This document shows, in pieces, positions 8,100 to 17,482 of a stretch of 64,000 bases of DNA; the stretch's first letter is position 1, and every line of letters begins with the position of its first letter. Under the pieces are notes generated by a model. The model had not been told where the DNA came from and did not search any database. It saw nothing but the letters and a program-made list of their open reading frames with translations. The DNA comes from Bryobacteraceae bacterium (lineage in GTDB: Bacteria > Acidobacteriota > Terriglobia > Bryobacterales > Bryobacteraceae). The position numbers and the translations under genes are program-made. The stretch lies in the NCBI GenBank assembly GCA_049516835.1, contig JBEKSR010000003.1:8302-72301 (forward strand), given 5' to 3'.

Positions 8100-8146
8100 G
8101 GACAGGCAGCGAATTTCGCAAAGGCCGCGAAATTCGTAGCCTGTCC
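8100..8146. repeat. Long imperfect palindrome (REP-like or terminator-like hairpin)
   Basis: GGACAGGC..CGAATTTCGC / GCGAAATTCG..GCCTGTCC forms 8 + 10 bp stems with a 7-nt loop, in the gap between two co-directional genes. No U-tract. Confidence 0.5.
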
Positions 8147-8156
8147 CTTAGTATAC

Positions 8157-10640
8157 CTACTTGCGTCCCACCAGGCGCAGCCGCACACTGAATGCGCGGG
8201 CCTGGCCTCCTCCGTACTTCAGGAATTGGGACGTCCCCTGAACGTTGTTGACCACGTTGGCGTTCAGGGTGCCAGTCAGATTGTTGTACCCAAAACGCCA
8301 GGCCCACAAGTAATGCAAGGCGCGAAACTTGCGCTCGAGGTGCAGGTTGATATTGAAATAATCGGGAAAACGGCGGGAGTTCGGCGGACCCACCATGAAG
8401 CCATCCTCGTCCACCACTCCGAACGGAAAACCCGTGCGGTATTCCACCAGGTACGCCGCCGTGGTGTTGCGCACCAGGAATTCGAGCTTCCCCGGAAAGA
8501 AGCGTTTGGGCAGAGGGGCCACACCCCACATGTGAAAGCGATTGGGCGTGTCCCAGGAGAACGGTCCCGGGGCCTGCGGGCCGAACGTGGGGTTCTCGAG
8601 GCTGTAATCCACCACCGCGTTGGTGCGCGAAGCGGATCGCGTGTACCCGACGAACCATTCGAACTGGCCCGCGAACGTGCGCCTCAGGCTGAAATCGACA
8701 GCGTCGTACCGGTCGCGGCGGGTGTTCTGCAACTGGTAGGCGGCGCCGGTGAAGAGGGCGGGATTCAGCTCCGCGGCGGGCGTCACGAACACGAACCCGC
8801 GGCTCCCCGTGCGCCGCGTGTACCCGGCCTTGGCATAGAACTCGTGCGGCAGCTTGCGCTCGACGGTGAGGCTGGCGGTGCGGTAATAGGGCACCTCGAG
8901 GGCCTGCTCGTTCACCTGGAAGGCGGTCGGCACGGGGCCGTTCACAATTCCTCCCGGCAGGAAAAACGTCGAGAGGCTCACCTGGTCCTGCTGGCGCGTG
9001 ATGGCGCCCATGCTGATGGCATCGTAGTAGACGCCCCAACCGGCGGAGAATTTGGTATCGCGCAGGCCGCGCGGCGCCCATGACACCGAAAAGCGCGGCG
9101 CCACCTCGAGGTCGCGGACGATCTCGTTCCATTCCGCGCGGACGCCGGCTTCCAGCACCAGTCCTTCGCGCGGCGTCCAGTGGTCCTGAATGTACTGCGC
9201 GGCCTCGAAATTCTTGCGCACCTGAAAGGGACTGCCCTCGAAGGAAACGTAGCGGGCCACGGAACCGTCGTCCCGCAGGACTTCGTAGTCGTGGCGGACG
9301 ACATGCTGGTGAAACGCCTCCCGCTCGAAGTCGATCCCGAACTTCAACTGGTGGGTGCCGAGGAGGTGCAGCGTGGGCAGGAACAGGTTGGCGATCCATT
9401 GCTGCCGGTACGAGTGGCGGTCGGTGCCGACAAAATAGTTTCCCAGGTCCCCGAAGGGCGTGATTTCGAATAACTGGCTGCCTTGCGGCGAGTCGCGCAG
9501 CAGCGTGCGGTCGTCGGCGAAGCCGAGATCGAGCAGGGCCCCGCGGCCGAAGTAATGCTGGTCGCGGATGGCGCTCATGAAGAGCGTCTGGCGATGATTG
9601 GTAGTGGTCTCGACGGGATTCAGAATGCTGAGGCCGGAGCGGGCGGTGTCGGAGAGGTTAAACAGGAAGCTGCCGGTGAGGGTATTGGCGTGCGTCAGGT
9701 TGACCTGGAACCGCGAGAGATCGCTGGCGGTAAGCCCGGTAGTCCGGTTCTGCCCGTTGGGCAGCCCGTGGATGGTGTCCACGCTGTAGAAGGCGTCGAA
9801 CCCGTTGTGAAACCAGGCGCGCCCCTTGGCCAGCGGCCCGGAGAACTCCAGCCGCGGCGTCCATTTATTCACATGAACGCCGCCCTCGGAGGAAAGTCCG
9901 GGGAAAAAATTCGTGACGCCGAAACGCCAGCGGTCGTCACCCATCTTGGTGGTCAGGTTGAGGACGCCGGCGGAGCCTCTGCCATTGTCGGCCGAGAAGC
10001 GGCTGTTCTCCACGTCCATGGATTGGATGGTTTCGATGTTGACGCGCGCCTCCAGGCGGCCGGTCACGGGGTCGGAAATGTTGAAGCCATCGAGCGTGTA
10101 GTTGGTCTGGCTGGTGTCGCCTCCGTTGAAGTGGGACCGGCCGGCGTTGTCCTGCACCACGCCGTCCATCATCGGCAGCGCGTTGCGGTAATCCTGCGGC
10201 GCGGGGTACGGGATGGCCTGGATTTCGGCGTTGGCGAGCTCTTTGTGATCGGAGGGCTGCTGCAAATCGATGGCCGGAGGCGAATAGGTGACATCGATCC
10301 GTTCCGAGAATTCCTGCACGTGGTTGAGCGCGATGGTGAGCTGAGTGGCGGCGGCGTCAAACCGCTGCCCGCGTCCCTGGTAGAGGTAGAAGCCCAAACG
10401 CTCGGCGCGAATGGCGTATTCCCCGGCGGCGGGCAGGTTCAAGCGGAAGTTGCCGGCGAGGTCGGAAGAGGCCACCACGGCGGCGCCTCCCGCGGCCGCG
10501 CGCAGCTCCACGCGGGCTCCGGCGATGCCGGCGCCGTTTTCATCCACCACGCGTCCCGAGATGGAGACCTGCGCCTGAAGGCCGGCGCAGGCAAGCAGAA
10601 GACCCAGAACGAGTCGCGCACTGTGGGGACACCTGGCCAT
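8157..10640 (-). CDS. TonB-dependent receptor-like outer-membrane protein with N-terminal carboxypeptidase-regulatory-like domain
   Basis: 827 aa. Signal peptide 'LVLGLLLACAGLQAQ', then 'ISGRVVDENGAGIAGARVEL...AGEYAIRAERLGF' (CarboxypepD_reg). The beta-barrel-like C-terminus ends in an aromatic-rich segment. Confidence 0.8.
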   Translation of the reverse strand: MARCPHSARLVLGLLLACAGLQAQVSISGRVVDENGAGIAGARVELRAAAGGAAVVASSDLAGNFRLNLPAAGEYAIRAERLGFYLYQGRGQRFDAAATQLTIALNHVQEFSERIDVTYSPPAIDLQQPSDHKELANAEIQAIPYPAPQDYRNALPMMDGVVQDNAGRSHFNGGDTSQTNYTLDGFNISDPVTGRLEARVNIETIQSMDVENSRFSADNGRGSAGVLNLTTKMGDDRWRFGVTNFFPGLSSEGGVHVNKWTPRLEFSGPLAKGRAWFHNGFDAFYSVDTIHGLPNGQNRTTGLTASDLSRFQVNLTHANTLTGSFLFNLSDTARSGLSILNPVETTTNHRQTLFMSAIRDQHYFGRGALLDLGFADDRTLLRDSPQGSQLFEITPFGDLGNYFVGTDRHSYRQQWIANLFLPTLHLLGTHQLKFGIDFEREAFHQHVVRHDYEVLRDDGSVARYVSFEGSPFQVRKNFEAAQYIQDHWTPREGLVLEAGVRAEWNEIVRDLEVAPRFSVSWAPRGLRDTKFSAGWGVYYDAISMGAITRQQDQVSLSTFFLPGGIVNGPVPTAFQVNEQALEVPYYRTASLTVERKLPHEFYAKAGYTRRTGSRGFVFVTPAAELNPALFTGAAYQLQNTRRDRYDAVDFSLRRTFAGQFEWFVGYTRSASRTNAVVDYSLENPTFGPQAPGPFSWDTPNRFHMWGVAPLPKRFFPGKLEFLVRNTTAAYLVEYRTGFPFGVVDEDGFMVGPPNSRRFPDYFNINLHLERKFRALHYLWAWRFGYNNLTGTLNANVVNNVQGTSQFLKYGGGQARAFSVRLRLVGRK

Positions 10641-10711
10641 CGCGGGTTCGTACGCCTGCGGTACGCCTGCTCACCGTTCAGGATAGCGCGTGGCGCAGGG
10701 TGGCGCGGGGC

Positions 10712-12118
10712 TTACGCAGGCGGGCACGCGGGAATCCCTACTCCGCCATCCTCCAGCGCCGCGCCGATCCTCAGGATGAGCGCCTCGTCCCACGCCGGAC
10801 CGATGATCTGAATCCCGATGGGCAAGCCGTTCGACGCCAGTCCGCAGGGGATCGAAAGCGCCGGCAGGCCCAGCACGTTGATGCCGCGAACCAGGCGGGT
10901 GGTGGCCAGGCGCACGTCCTCGTCCCGGCCGCCCAACCGGACGGCGGCATCGCCGATGCGCGGGGCGGTGTTGGGGGTGGTGGGAGCGATGAGGCAATCC
11001 ACTTCAGACCAGAGCTGATCGAATTCGCGGCTCAGCTTGCGGCGCAGCCGCTGCGCGTTGATGTAGTCGGTGGCGGGCACCAGGCGGCCCTGGTCGAGCA
11101 GGGAGAGCACATCCGGGCCGAATTTCTCCCGGCGTTCGAGGAACGGCTCGGCCACCGCGGCGGCTTCCGCCAGCAGAATGACGCGGCCGACGGCATTCAG
11201 CGCCGCGACATCCGGAACTCGCACCGACTTGACCACCGCGCCCAGCGATTGGGCGCGCGCGAAGACTCCGCGAACCGACGATTCGACGCCGGGGTCCAGG
11301 TGGTCGAAATAGAAATTCCCGGGGAAACCGATGCGCAGGCGGCGAATGGAGCAGCCGTCGTCGGGAATGTAGTCGACCACCGGGTGGCGCGACGAGGTTG
11401 GATCGCGGCGGTCGTGCCCGGCGATGGCATTCAGCACCATGGCGGCATCGCGGACCGAGCGGGCGAGCGGGCCCATGTGATCGAGGCTGTAGGCCAGGGG
11501 CAGGGCGCCGTAACGGCTCACGCGGCCATAGGTGGGCTTGAGTCCCACGGTCCCGCAAAACGCGGCGGGGATGCGGATGGAGCCTCCCGTATCGCTGCCC
11601 ATGGCGGCGTAGACCATCTGGGCGGCCACGGCCGCGCCCGAGCCGCCGCTCGACCCGCCGGGGCTGTGCTCGAGGTTCCACGGATTGCGCACCGGCCCGA
11701 AGTGTGGATTGGCCGAGGTGATGCCGTAGGCCATCTCGTGCATGTTGAGCTTGCCGAGCATCACGGCGCCGGCCGCCCTCAGCCGTTCCACCACGGCCGC
11801 GTCGATGGCGGGAACAAAATCTTCATAGACCTTAGATCCGCAGGTGGTGCGCACGCCGCGCGTAGCGAAGAGGTCTTTTACCGCGACGGGGATTCCGTGC
11901 AGGGGCCCGCGGTCGCGCCCGGCGGCCAGCTCGGCATCCGCCTGCCGCGCCTCTTCACGAGCCTGTTCGGCGGTGACGGTGATGAACGCATTGAGCTTGG
12001 AATTGAGGCGGCCGATGCGCGCGTTGGCCGCGGCCGCCAGCTCGACGGCGGAGACCCGGCGCGCCCGCAGCGCATCGGCGGCTTCCCGAATGGTCACTCG
12101 CCGTTCTCCTCGAGGCAC
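10712..12118 (-). CDS. Amidase (amidase-signature family, GatA/AtzE-like)
   Basis: Amidase signature 'GGSSGGSGAAVAA' plus 'KDLFATRGVRTTCGS'. The alternative GTG start at 12097 would overlap the upstream small-ORF stop as GTGA. Confidence 0.85.
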   Translation of the reverse strand: MPRGERRVTIREAADALRARRVSAVELAAAANARIGRLNSKLNAFITVTAEQAREEARQADAELAAGRDRGPLHGIPVAVKDLFATRGVRTTCGSKVYEDFVPAIDAAVVERLRAAGAVMLGKLNMHEMAYGITSANPHFGPVRNPWNLEHSPGGSSGGSGAAVAAQMVYAAMGSDTGGSIRIPAAFCGTVGLKPTYGRVSRYGALPLAYSLDHMGPLARSVRDAAMVLNAIAGHDRRDPTSSRHPVVDYIPDDGCSIRRLRIGFPGNFYFDHLDPGVESSVRGVFARAQSLGAVVKSVRVPDVAALNAVGRVILLAEAAAVAEPFLERREKFGPDVLSLLDQGRLVPATDYINAQRLRRKLSREFDQLWSEVDCLIAPTTPNTAPRIGDAAVRLGGRDEDVRLATTRLVRGINVLGLPALSIPCGLASNGLPIGIQIIGPAWDEALILRIGAALEDGGVGIPACPPA

Positions 12119-12270
12119 GGCCCCGTAAACGGTTCCACGTCGGGCGTGAGGTCTTTCACCAGCGGACGGAAAGCCGCTTCCAGCGCCTCGAGCGGCTCGG
12201 CGATGCGATTAAGCTCGGCGGGATCGACCTCGAGGCCGCTGGCTTTGGCGATGGCTCTCCAATCTTTCAC
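12094..12270 (-). CDS. Small GatC/AtzG-like (DUF4089-like) protein, putative amidase partner
   Basis: 58 codons, 'VKDWRAIAKASGLEVDPAELNRIAEPLEALEAAFRPLVKDLTPDVEPF', hidden at the 3' end of a longer spurious ORF. Its GTG start overlaps the yihY-like stop (GTGA at 12267-12270). Confidence 0.45.
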   Translation of the reverse strand: MKDWRAIAKASGLEVDPAELNRIAEPLEALEAAFRPLVKDLTPDVEPFTGPCLEENGE

Positions 12271-13130
12271 GCAGCCTCCAACGACAGCGGATCTTCCCGG
12301 TCCTGGCGCGCGGTCCAGTGCGCCCCGGCCAGCACGATCATGGCAGCCGCGAAGCTCCAGAGCAGGATGGTGACGGAGTGCTCGAAGATGAGGTACTCGC
12401 GGTGGAGCTTGGCCTGCAACAGAGGAGCGACCACCAGGTTGACATACTTGAGCGCTTCCAGCGCCAACCCCACCAGAATGGCTACGGGGGCCACGCGGGC
12501 CGGCTCGACCTTCCGGTTGGGCAGCAGCCAATAGATCAGAAACAGCGCCAGAATCGAGATCGGCACGGCAGCCAGTTTGAACATCAGCAGGTTGATCCAG
12601 ACCCCGAATCCGGTGTTGAGGCTGCCCGCCGCCGGCAGCCACCGGCTGTTCAAGGCCGTCAGCATCAAGGAGAGCAGCGCCAGGCCGCCGCACACAAAGA
12701 TGAGGCCCAGGCTGACGAGCTGGTTCTTGATATAGGAGCGGTTCCTGGCGACTCCCCACGCGCGGTTGAGCGCCACCTCGAGCGGCTCAAAAATACCGTT
12801 GGCGGTAATCAGGAGCAGAAACATGGAAGTGAGATGGATCTTGCCGTTTACCTTGAACCATGCCTGGAGGTTCTTCAACATGAACTGGCCCGGCTCGCCG
12901 GCAAAAGAATCGCCGATGGCCAGGTAGATGGCCTGCTCGGCCGCGCGCCAGTGGAGGACATCGCGGCAGAACGACGTGATGACGATGAGGAATGGATAGG
13001 TTGACAGCAACACGCTGGCGGCAATCGCGAGGGCGTAAACGTGCGCCTCGGTTTGCGCCAGGTAGTGGAGAGTGGGCCGCCAGCGCGACCACCAAAGCCC
13101 TTGGTTTTCGGGAAGGATCGTGGGGAACAA
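12267..13130 (-). CDS. YihY/BrkB family membrane protein
   Basis: 287 aa with multiple TM helices. 'AHVYALAIAASVLLSTYPFLIVITSF' resembles the YihY N-terminal pattern. The TTG start is uncertain. Confidence 0.65.
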   Translation of the reverse strand: MFPTILPENQGLWWSRWRPTLHYLAQTEAHVYALAIAASVLLSTYPFLIVITSFCRDVLHWRAAEQAIYLAIGDSFAGEPGQFMLKNLQAWFKVNGKIHLTSMFLLLITANGIFEPLEVALNRAWGVARNRSYIKNQLVSLGLIFVCGGLALLSLMLTALNSRWLPAAGSLNTGFGVWINLLMFKLAAVPISILALFLIYWLLPNRKVEPARVAPVAILVGLALEALKYVNLVVAPLLQAKLHREYLIFEHSVTILLWSFAAAMIVLAGAHWTARQDREDPLSLEAA

Positions 13131-13238
13131 ACTCCAGCTTAACTCGGTTGGTTCACCGCCGAGACGATATGGGCGCCCAACCGGGCGCGTTTGCCGATGC
13201 CATAGGCCCGAAAGTTATTTTCTTCGCAGCCGCTTCCC

Positions 13239-13267
13239 TTGACATTCCTCGCCATCTGATTTATACC
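13239..13267 (+). promoter_or_regulatory. Putative sigma70-type promoter for the padR-permease operon
   Basis: TTGACA (13239-13244), a 17-nt spacer, then TATACC (13262-13267), ending 19 nt upstream of the padR ATG. Confidence 0.35.
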
Positions 13268-13285
13268 TAGTCTGGACAGGGAAAA

Positions 13286-13621
13286 ATGGAATCGAACACC
13301 GTCCCGGAGCTGCTCCCCGGCACGCTCTACTTGCTGATCCTGCGGACCCTGAGCCGCGGCCCGCTTCACGGATACGCCATCGTCAAGCGAATCAAGGACG
13401 CTTCCCGCGAGGGTCTCCGGATCGAAGACGGCTCGTTGTATCCCGCGCTCAACCGCATGCTGGTCAAGGGCTGGCTGACGTCGGAGTGGGGCGTTTCCGA
13501 GAATAATCGCAAGGCCCGCTTCTACCGGCTGACACCGGAGGGCCGCAAACAGCTCAACCAGGAAGCGGGTGAATTCGACCGCCTGGTGCGCGCCATCCAG
13601 ATGGTGATGCGCACCGCCTGA
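13286..13621 (+). CDS. PadR family transcriptional regulator
   Basis: 111 aa. 'LLILRTLSRGPLHGYAIVKRIKD...GSLYPALNRMLVKGWL' is the canonical PadR winged helix. Confidence 0.9.
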   Translation: MESNTVPELLPGTLYLLILRTLSRGPLHGYAIVKRIKDASREGLRIEDGSLYPALNRMLVKGWLTSEWGVSENNRKARFYRLTPEGRKQLNQEAGEFDRLVRAIQMVMRTA

Positions 13622-13633
13622 ACGGAGACCCCC

Positions 13634-16243
13634 ATGGCCTTTTGGAACGAAATCGGCAACCGCGTCGCCTGGCTGTTCCGGCGTTCGCGGTTCGATCGGG
13701 AACTCGAGGAAGAGATGCGGTTCCACATCCAGGCCCGCGCGGACGAACTGGAACAGGCAGGCGTGTCCAGCGCCGATGCCCTGCGGCGCGCACGGCGAGA
13801 GTTCGGTTCCACGCTGCGGAGCCGGGAAGAGACGCGCTCGGCGTGGCAAATGCGCTGGCTGGAGGATCTTGGCTCCGATCTCCGCTATGCGGCGCGCGCG
13901 TTGCGGCGCAATCGTGCGCTGGCGCTGGCGGCAGTGGGCTCGCTGGCCCTGGGAATCGGCGCCAACACCACCATATTCAGCATCGCGAAAGAAGCGCTCT
14001 TCAGCGAGCCCTCCTGCCGCGATTCAAAGTCGCTGGTCGAGATTTCAGTGAGCGGCAACACCTGGATCCCCATGTCGCAATATCGTTTCCTGGAGGCGAC
14101 ACACGCATTCGACGGGCTCGCCGGGATGAACATCCAGATGGTGGTGAACTGGCGCGACGGCAACCGTACCTATCGCCTGGCTGGAACCCGCGTCACCGGC
14201 AACTTCTTCGAGGTGACGGGAATACCAGTCGCCATGGGCCGGCCCATCGAGCGCGGCGAATCCGATGTGGCAGTGGTTACGCACGGGTTCTGGACCAAGC
14301 ACCTGGGCGGCGATCCGAAGGTAGTCGGCCGCACACTGGCGCTGGACGGCAAGCCGTACACGGTGGTCGGAGTATTGCCTCGCGACCACCGCATGCTGGC
14401 CGGGTTCGGTTTCACGCCCGACCTGTACCTGACCAAGGATCCCATCGAGGTCATAATGTATGCGCGGCTGCCGCGGGGGATGACGCGCCAGGCGGCCTAT
14501 GCCGCACTCAAGCCGATCTGCCGCGAGCTGGACCGCGTGTACCCGGACGTCAATCGCAAATGGGCGAAAGAGGTGCGGCTTTCCGCGGTGGGCGGGGTGG
14601 AACGGCTTCAAGAGGACGGCCAAGAGGCGATTCCGTTGGCGGCGTTCTTCGGCATGCTGGTGGTCGTGACGGCGATCGTGGTGCTGATCGCGTGCGCCAA
14701 CGTTTCCAGCCTGCTGCTGGCGCGAGCCTTCACCCGGTCGCGCGAGTTCGCCATCCGTATGTCGCTCGGCGGCAGCCGGGGACGGTTGGTTCGGCAGTTG
14801 CTCGCCGAGAGCCTGTTGTTGGCGCTGCTCGGAACGGGCGCCGGCCTGCTGCTCAACCTTTGGCTCACGAGATTACTGAGCGGTGTGCACATTCCCACGC
14901 CGCTGCCCATCGAGCTGCTGATCCAACCGGACCGGATGCTGCTGGCCTACTCGGTGGCGCTGACCTTCGTGGTGACGCTGGCGACTGGACTTGTACCGGC
15001 GCTGAAGGGCACGCGCGCGGGAATCGGCGGCGCGCTCAAGGAGGGCGGCCGGCAGAACGGACCGGCGGGCTATTCGCTGCGGAACGCGCTGGTTGTCGGG
15101 CAACTGGCGGTATCCATCCTACTGCTCAGCGCGGGGCTGCTGTTTCTCCGCAACCTGATGTACGCCACATCGTTCAACGCGGGGTTCGACACCAGCCATG
15201 CGGTGGTGGCAACGTTTCAGACTGTGTGGGGCACGTACACGCCACAGAGGTTCGCGGGACTGGTGGACACCGCGCTGGAACGCCTGCGGGCGCTGCCGGG
15301 GGTTGAGGCGGCCTCGCCTGCCTCCGCCGTGCCCCTGAACCCATTCCTGGCATTCAATCGGCCCGGCGGCCAGTTCCGGCCGGACGCGGGCAGCCGCACC
15401 GTGCGCGTGCAGTACAACTTCAACGCCGTGGGGCCGGATTATTTCCGCATCATGGGGATTCCCATTCTGCAAGGCCGCGCTTTCGCGGATTCGGACCGTC
15501 TCGGGACGCCGCCGGTCGCGATTCTGAATGAGACCATGGCTCGCCGATTGTTCGGAAACACCAACGCGGTGGGTCACATCCTTCGATTTCCGGACAATCG
15601 CGACGCGACGGTCGTGGGCATAGCGCGCAACTGTAAGTACGTCACCCTGGGAGAAGAAAACGCCATGGCGCTGTATGATCCCTATTTCCAGCAAGATCAT
15701 TCGGCGTTTGCGCACTTCTTCGTGCGCACCCGGAGCGCGCCGGAAACCATGGTCCGAAAAGTGGACGAGACGCTTGCCGGCCTGGACGCGGGGGCCGCGG
15801 TGGAAACCCGCGCCATGGGTGAGATCTTCGCGGGGGCGTTGCTGCCGAGCCGTCTGGGCGCCGCCATCCTGGGATCGATGGCGCTGTTCGGATTGATGCT
15901 CGCTTCCATCGGACTCTATGGAGTCTTGCTGTACGCCACCCAGCAGCGGATTCGCGAGATCGGTATTCGTGTCGCGCTGGGCGCCACGCCAGGCGACGTT
16001 CTGGCGATGGTTGTGGGCCAGAGCCTCAGGCTGGTGACGGCCGGGATGGTAATCGGCCTCGCGGTGGCCGCGGCCGCGGTGCGCCCGCTATCGATGTTCC
16101 TGGTTCCGGAGGTGCGTCCGGCAGATCCGATGAACTTCGTGGCCGTGGCCTGCGCGCTGGCGCTAGTCGCGGGCCTGGCGACGGTGGCGCCCACCGCCCG
16201 CGCGTTGCGCGTCGACCCGGCGGTGGCGCTCAAGCACGAGTAG
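13634..16243 (+). CDS. ADOP-type duplicated FtsX/MacB-like ABC transporter permease
   Basis: 869 aa. N-terminal 'FRRSRFDRELEEEMRFHI...DLRYAARALRRN' and two FtsX-like 4-TM modules. Adjacent to PadR, as is typical for Acidobacteria. Confidence 0.9.
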   Translation: MAFWNEIGNRVAWLFRRSRFDRELEEEMRFHIQARADELEQAGVSSADALRRARREFGSTLRSREETRSAWQMRWLEDLGSDLRYAARALRRNRALALAAVGSLALGIGANTTIFSIAKEALFSEPSCRDSKSLVEISVSGNTWIPMSQYRFLEATHAFDGLAGMNIQMVVNWRDGNRTYRLAGTRVTGNFFEVTGIPVAMGRPIERGESDVAVVTHGFWTKHLGGDPKVVGRTLALDGKPYTVVGVLPRDHRMLAGFGFTPDLYLTKDPIEVIMYARLPRGMTRQAAYAALKPICRELDRVYPDVNRKWAKEVRLSAVGGVERLQEDGQEAIPLAAFFGMLVVVTAIVVLIACANVSSLLLARAFTRSREFAIRMSLGGSRGRLVRQLLAESLLLALLGTGAGLLLNLWLTRLLSGVHIPTPLPIELLIQPDRMLLAYSVALTFVVTLATGLVPALKGTRAGIGGALKEGGRQNGPAGYSLRNALVVGQLAVSILLLSAGLLFLRNLMYATSFNAGFDTSHAVVATFQTVWGTYTPQRFAGLVDTALERLRALPGVEAASPASAVPLNPFLAFNRPGGQFRPDAGSRTVRVQYNFNAVGPDYFRIMGIPILQGRAFADSDRLGTPPVAILNETMARRLFGNTNAVGHILRFPDNRDATVVGIARNCKYVTLGEENAMALYDPYFQQDHSAFAHFFVRTRSAPETMVRKVDETLAGLDAGAAVETRAMGEIFAGALLPSRLGAAILGSMALFGLMLASIGLYGVLLYATQQRIREIGIRVALGATPGDVLAMVVGQSLRLVTAGMVIGLAVAAAAVRPLSMFLVPEVRPADPMNFVAVACALALVAGLATVAPTARALRVDPAVALKHE

Positions 16244-16263
16244 GCGACGCATTCCGGAGGCGA

Positions 16264-16605
16264 TCAGGGGGACGGCCAGCGAGACAATTCCCCTGCGACC
16301 GGTTGAATCGGGTTGCGGTTCCATGCCGCGCGGAATCGCTCCAGGAACTCCGGTCCCCGTAATTGGGGGATGGTGACAAACACCACGCTGAACTGCGGAA
16401 AGCGCTTCAATGCCCGTGCGGCGGACTCGCCAAAAAGCCGGTCGCGTGTGAGCACACAGGAGAAGCCGGCTTGAACCGCGACTTCCACCAGTGCTCCGTT
16501 GGTGAGGCCCTTCCATCCCTGGGCATCGGCCGCCCGGGCCTGGATGCCGAACTCGCCAAGAACCTCGGCGATTCTCTTCGGCATGTTTACGTCAAGCAGC
16601 CACAT
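16264..16605 (-). CDS. DUF5615-type (PIN-like/Mut7-C-like) putative toxin
   Basis: 113 aa. 'LLDVNMPKRIAEVL...GLTNGALVEVAVQAGFSCVLTRDRLF'. Overlaps the upstream DUF433 gene by 14 nt. Confidence 0.6.
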   Translation of the reverse strand: MWLLDVNMPKRIAEVLGEFGIQARAADAQGWKGLTNGALVEVAVQAGFSCVLTRDRLFGESAARALKRFPQFSVVFVTIPQLRGPEFLERFRAAWNRNPIQPVAGELSRWPSP

Positions 16606-16837
16606 TCGGAGCGTCCAACACCTCGGAAGCGACCTTCATAATCTCCGGGATGGCTTCATGGGGAAAAGTGCCGTAGGTCTCCTCGATCTCTTCGACGGCC
16701 ATGCCCTCTGCCATGCACGACAAGATGAAGGATACTGAGAACCGGGTCCCGCGGATAGCGAGTTTGCCGCCCAGCAACTCGGGGTCGGCCACGATCCAGC
16801 GGTAGTCCTTGAATGGCTTGAGATCCCGTTCCGTCAT
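16592..16837 (-). CDS. DUF433 domain protein (putative antitoxin)
   Basis: 81 aa from internal ATG 16837. 'IVADPELLGGKLAIRGTRFSVSFILSCMAEGMAVEEIEETY' is the typical DUF433 core. Confidence 0.75.
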   Translation of the reverse strand: MTERDLKPFKDYRWIVADPELLGGKLAIRGTRFSVSFILSCMAEGMAVEEIEETYGTFPHEAIPEIMKVASEVLDAPNVAA

Positions 16838-16925
16838 TCGCTCACCTATCTCTCCAATTACACCACGGTCGGGCGGGGGATAACCGGCCGAGAAAATTGA
16901 ACCCCCTGGATGAGGGATGGCACCG

Positions 16926-17171
16926 CTATTTCGGGTGCGGGGTGATGCTTTGAATGTGGTAGGTGTCGCCTTTGATCGTGAAATAGAGCCGCCAATCCTT
17001 GCTGGCACGAGCTTGTCAGAGGTCCTCCGATTCGCTGTACTTCTTGGCACGCAGTAAGGGGTGATGGAGGTTCCGGACCAGAAGGCGCGTCTGCTTCAAA
17101 ATGGCGCGCTGAATGTCCAGGGGAGCAACCCTGGTTGCCTTCTAACAGCGCTCAGAGAAGGAAACTCTCAT
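16926..17171 (-). pseudogene. RelE/ParE-family toxin gene inactivated by two in-frame stops
   Basis: The frame starts with an ATGA overlap on the antitoxin stop and reads 'MRVSFSERC*KATRVAPLDIQRAILKQTRLLVRNLHHPLLRAKKYSESEDL*QARASKDWRLYFTIKGDTYHIQSITPHPK*'. TAG lies at 17142-17144 and TGA at 17016-17018. Confidence 0.6.
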
Positions 17172-17482
17172 CTGGCGCGCTTGACTGATTTGGCGGGCGG
17201 GCGCTTCATCTGGGATTTCAAGAAGTTCACGGCTTCATCCGCGGTGAAAGGGCCATGCGAGCGACCTTTGCGGAAATCTTCCATGCCTTCGGCCATTCCC
17301 GCGTCAATGATCCGGCGTTGTTCGGAGGTGTATTCATCATCGGCAGTGGGGAGTTTCGGGATGATGTTGATGATTCCGCCGGACACTTTGAACTCCAGCC
17401 GATCACCGGGTTTGATGCCCGCCCGACGGCGCACGCTGGGCGGCACCACCAAACTGGCCTTGTTTTTCACTGTGATCGTCAT
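17168..17482 (-). CDS. AbrB/MazE/SpoVT-type antitoxin
   Basis: 104 aa. 'ITVKNKASLVVPPSVRRRAGIKPGDRLEF' is the swapped-hairpin AbrB-like DNA-binding motif. Confidence 0.75.
   Translation of the reverse strand: MTITVKNKASLVVPPSVRRRAGIKPGDRLEFKVSGGIINIIPKLPTADDEYTSEQRRIIDAGMAEGMEDFRKGRSHGPFTADEAVNFLKSQMKRPPAKSVKRAR

Noticed and set aside
12094-12759. A 221-aa ORF overlapping the yihY-like gene in another frame.
   Set aside because: Only its last 58 codons, from GTG 12270, look like a real small protein. The rest overlaps a membrane-protein gene and is Pro/Gly/Arg-rich.
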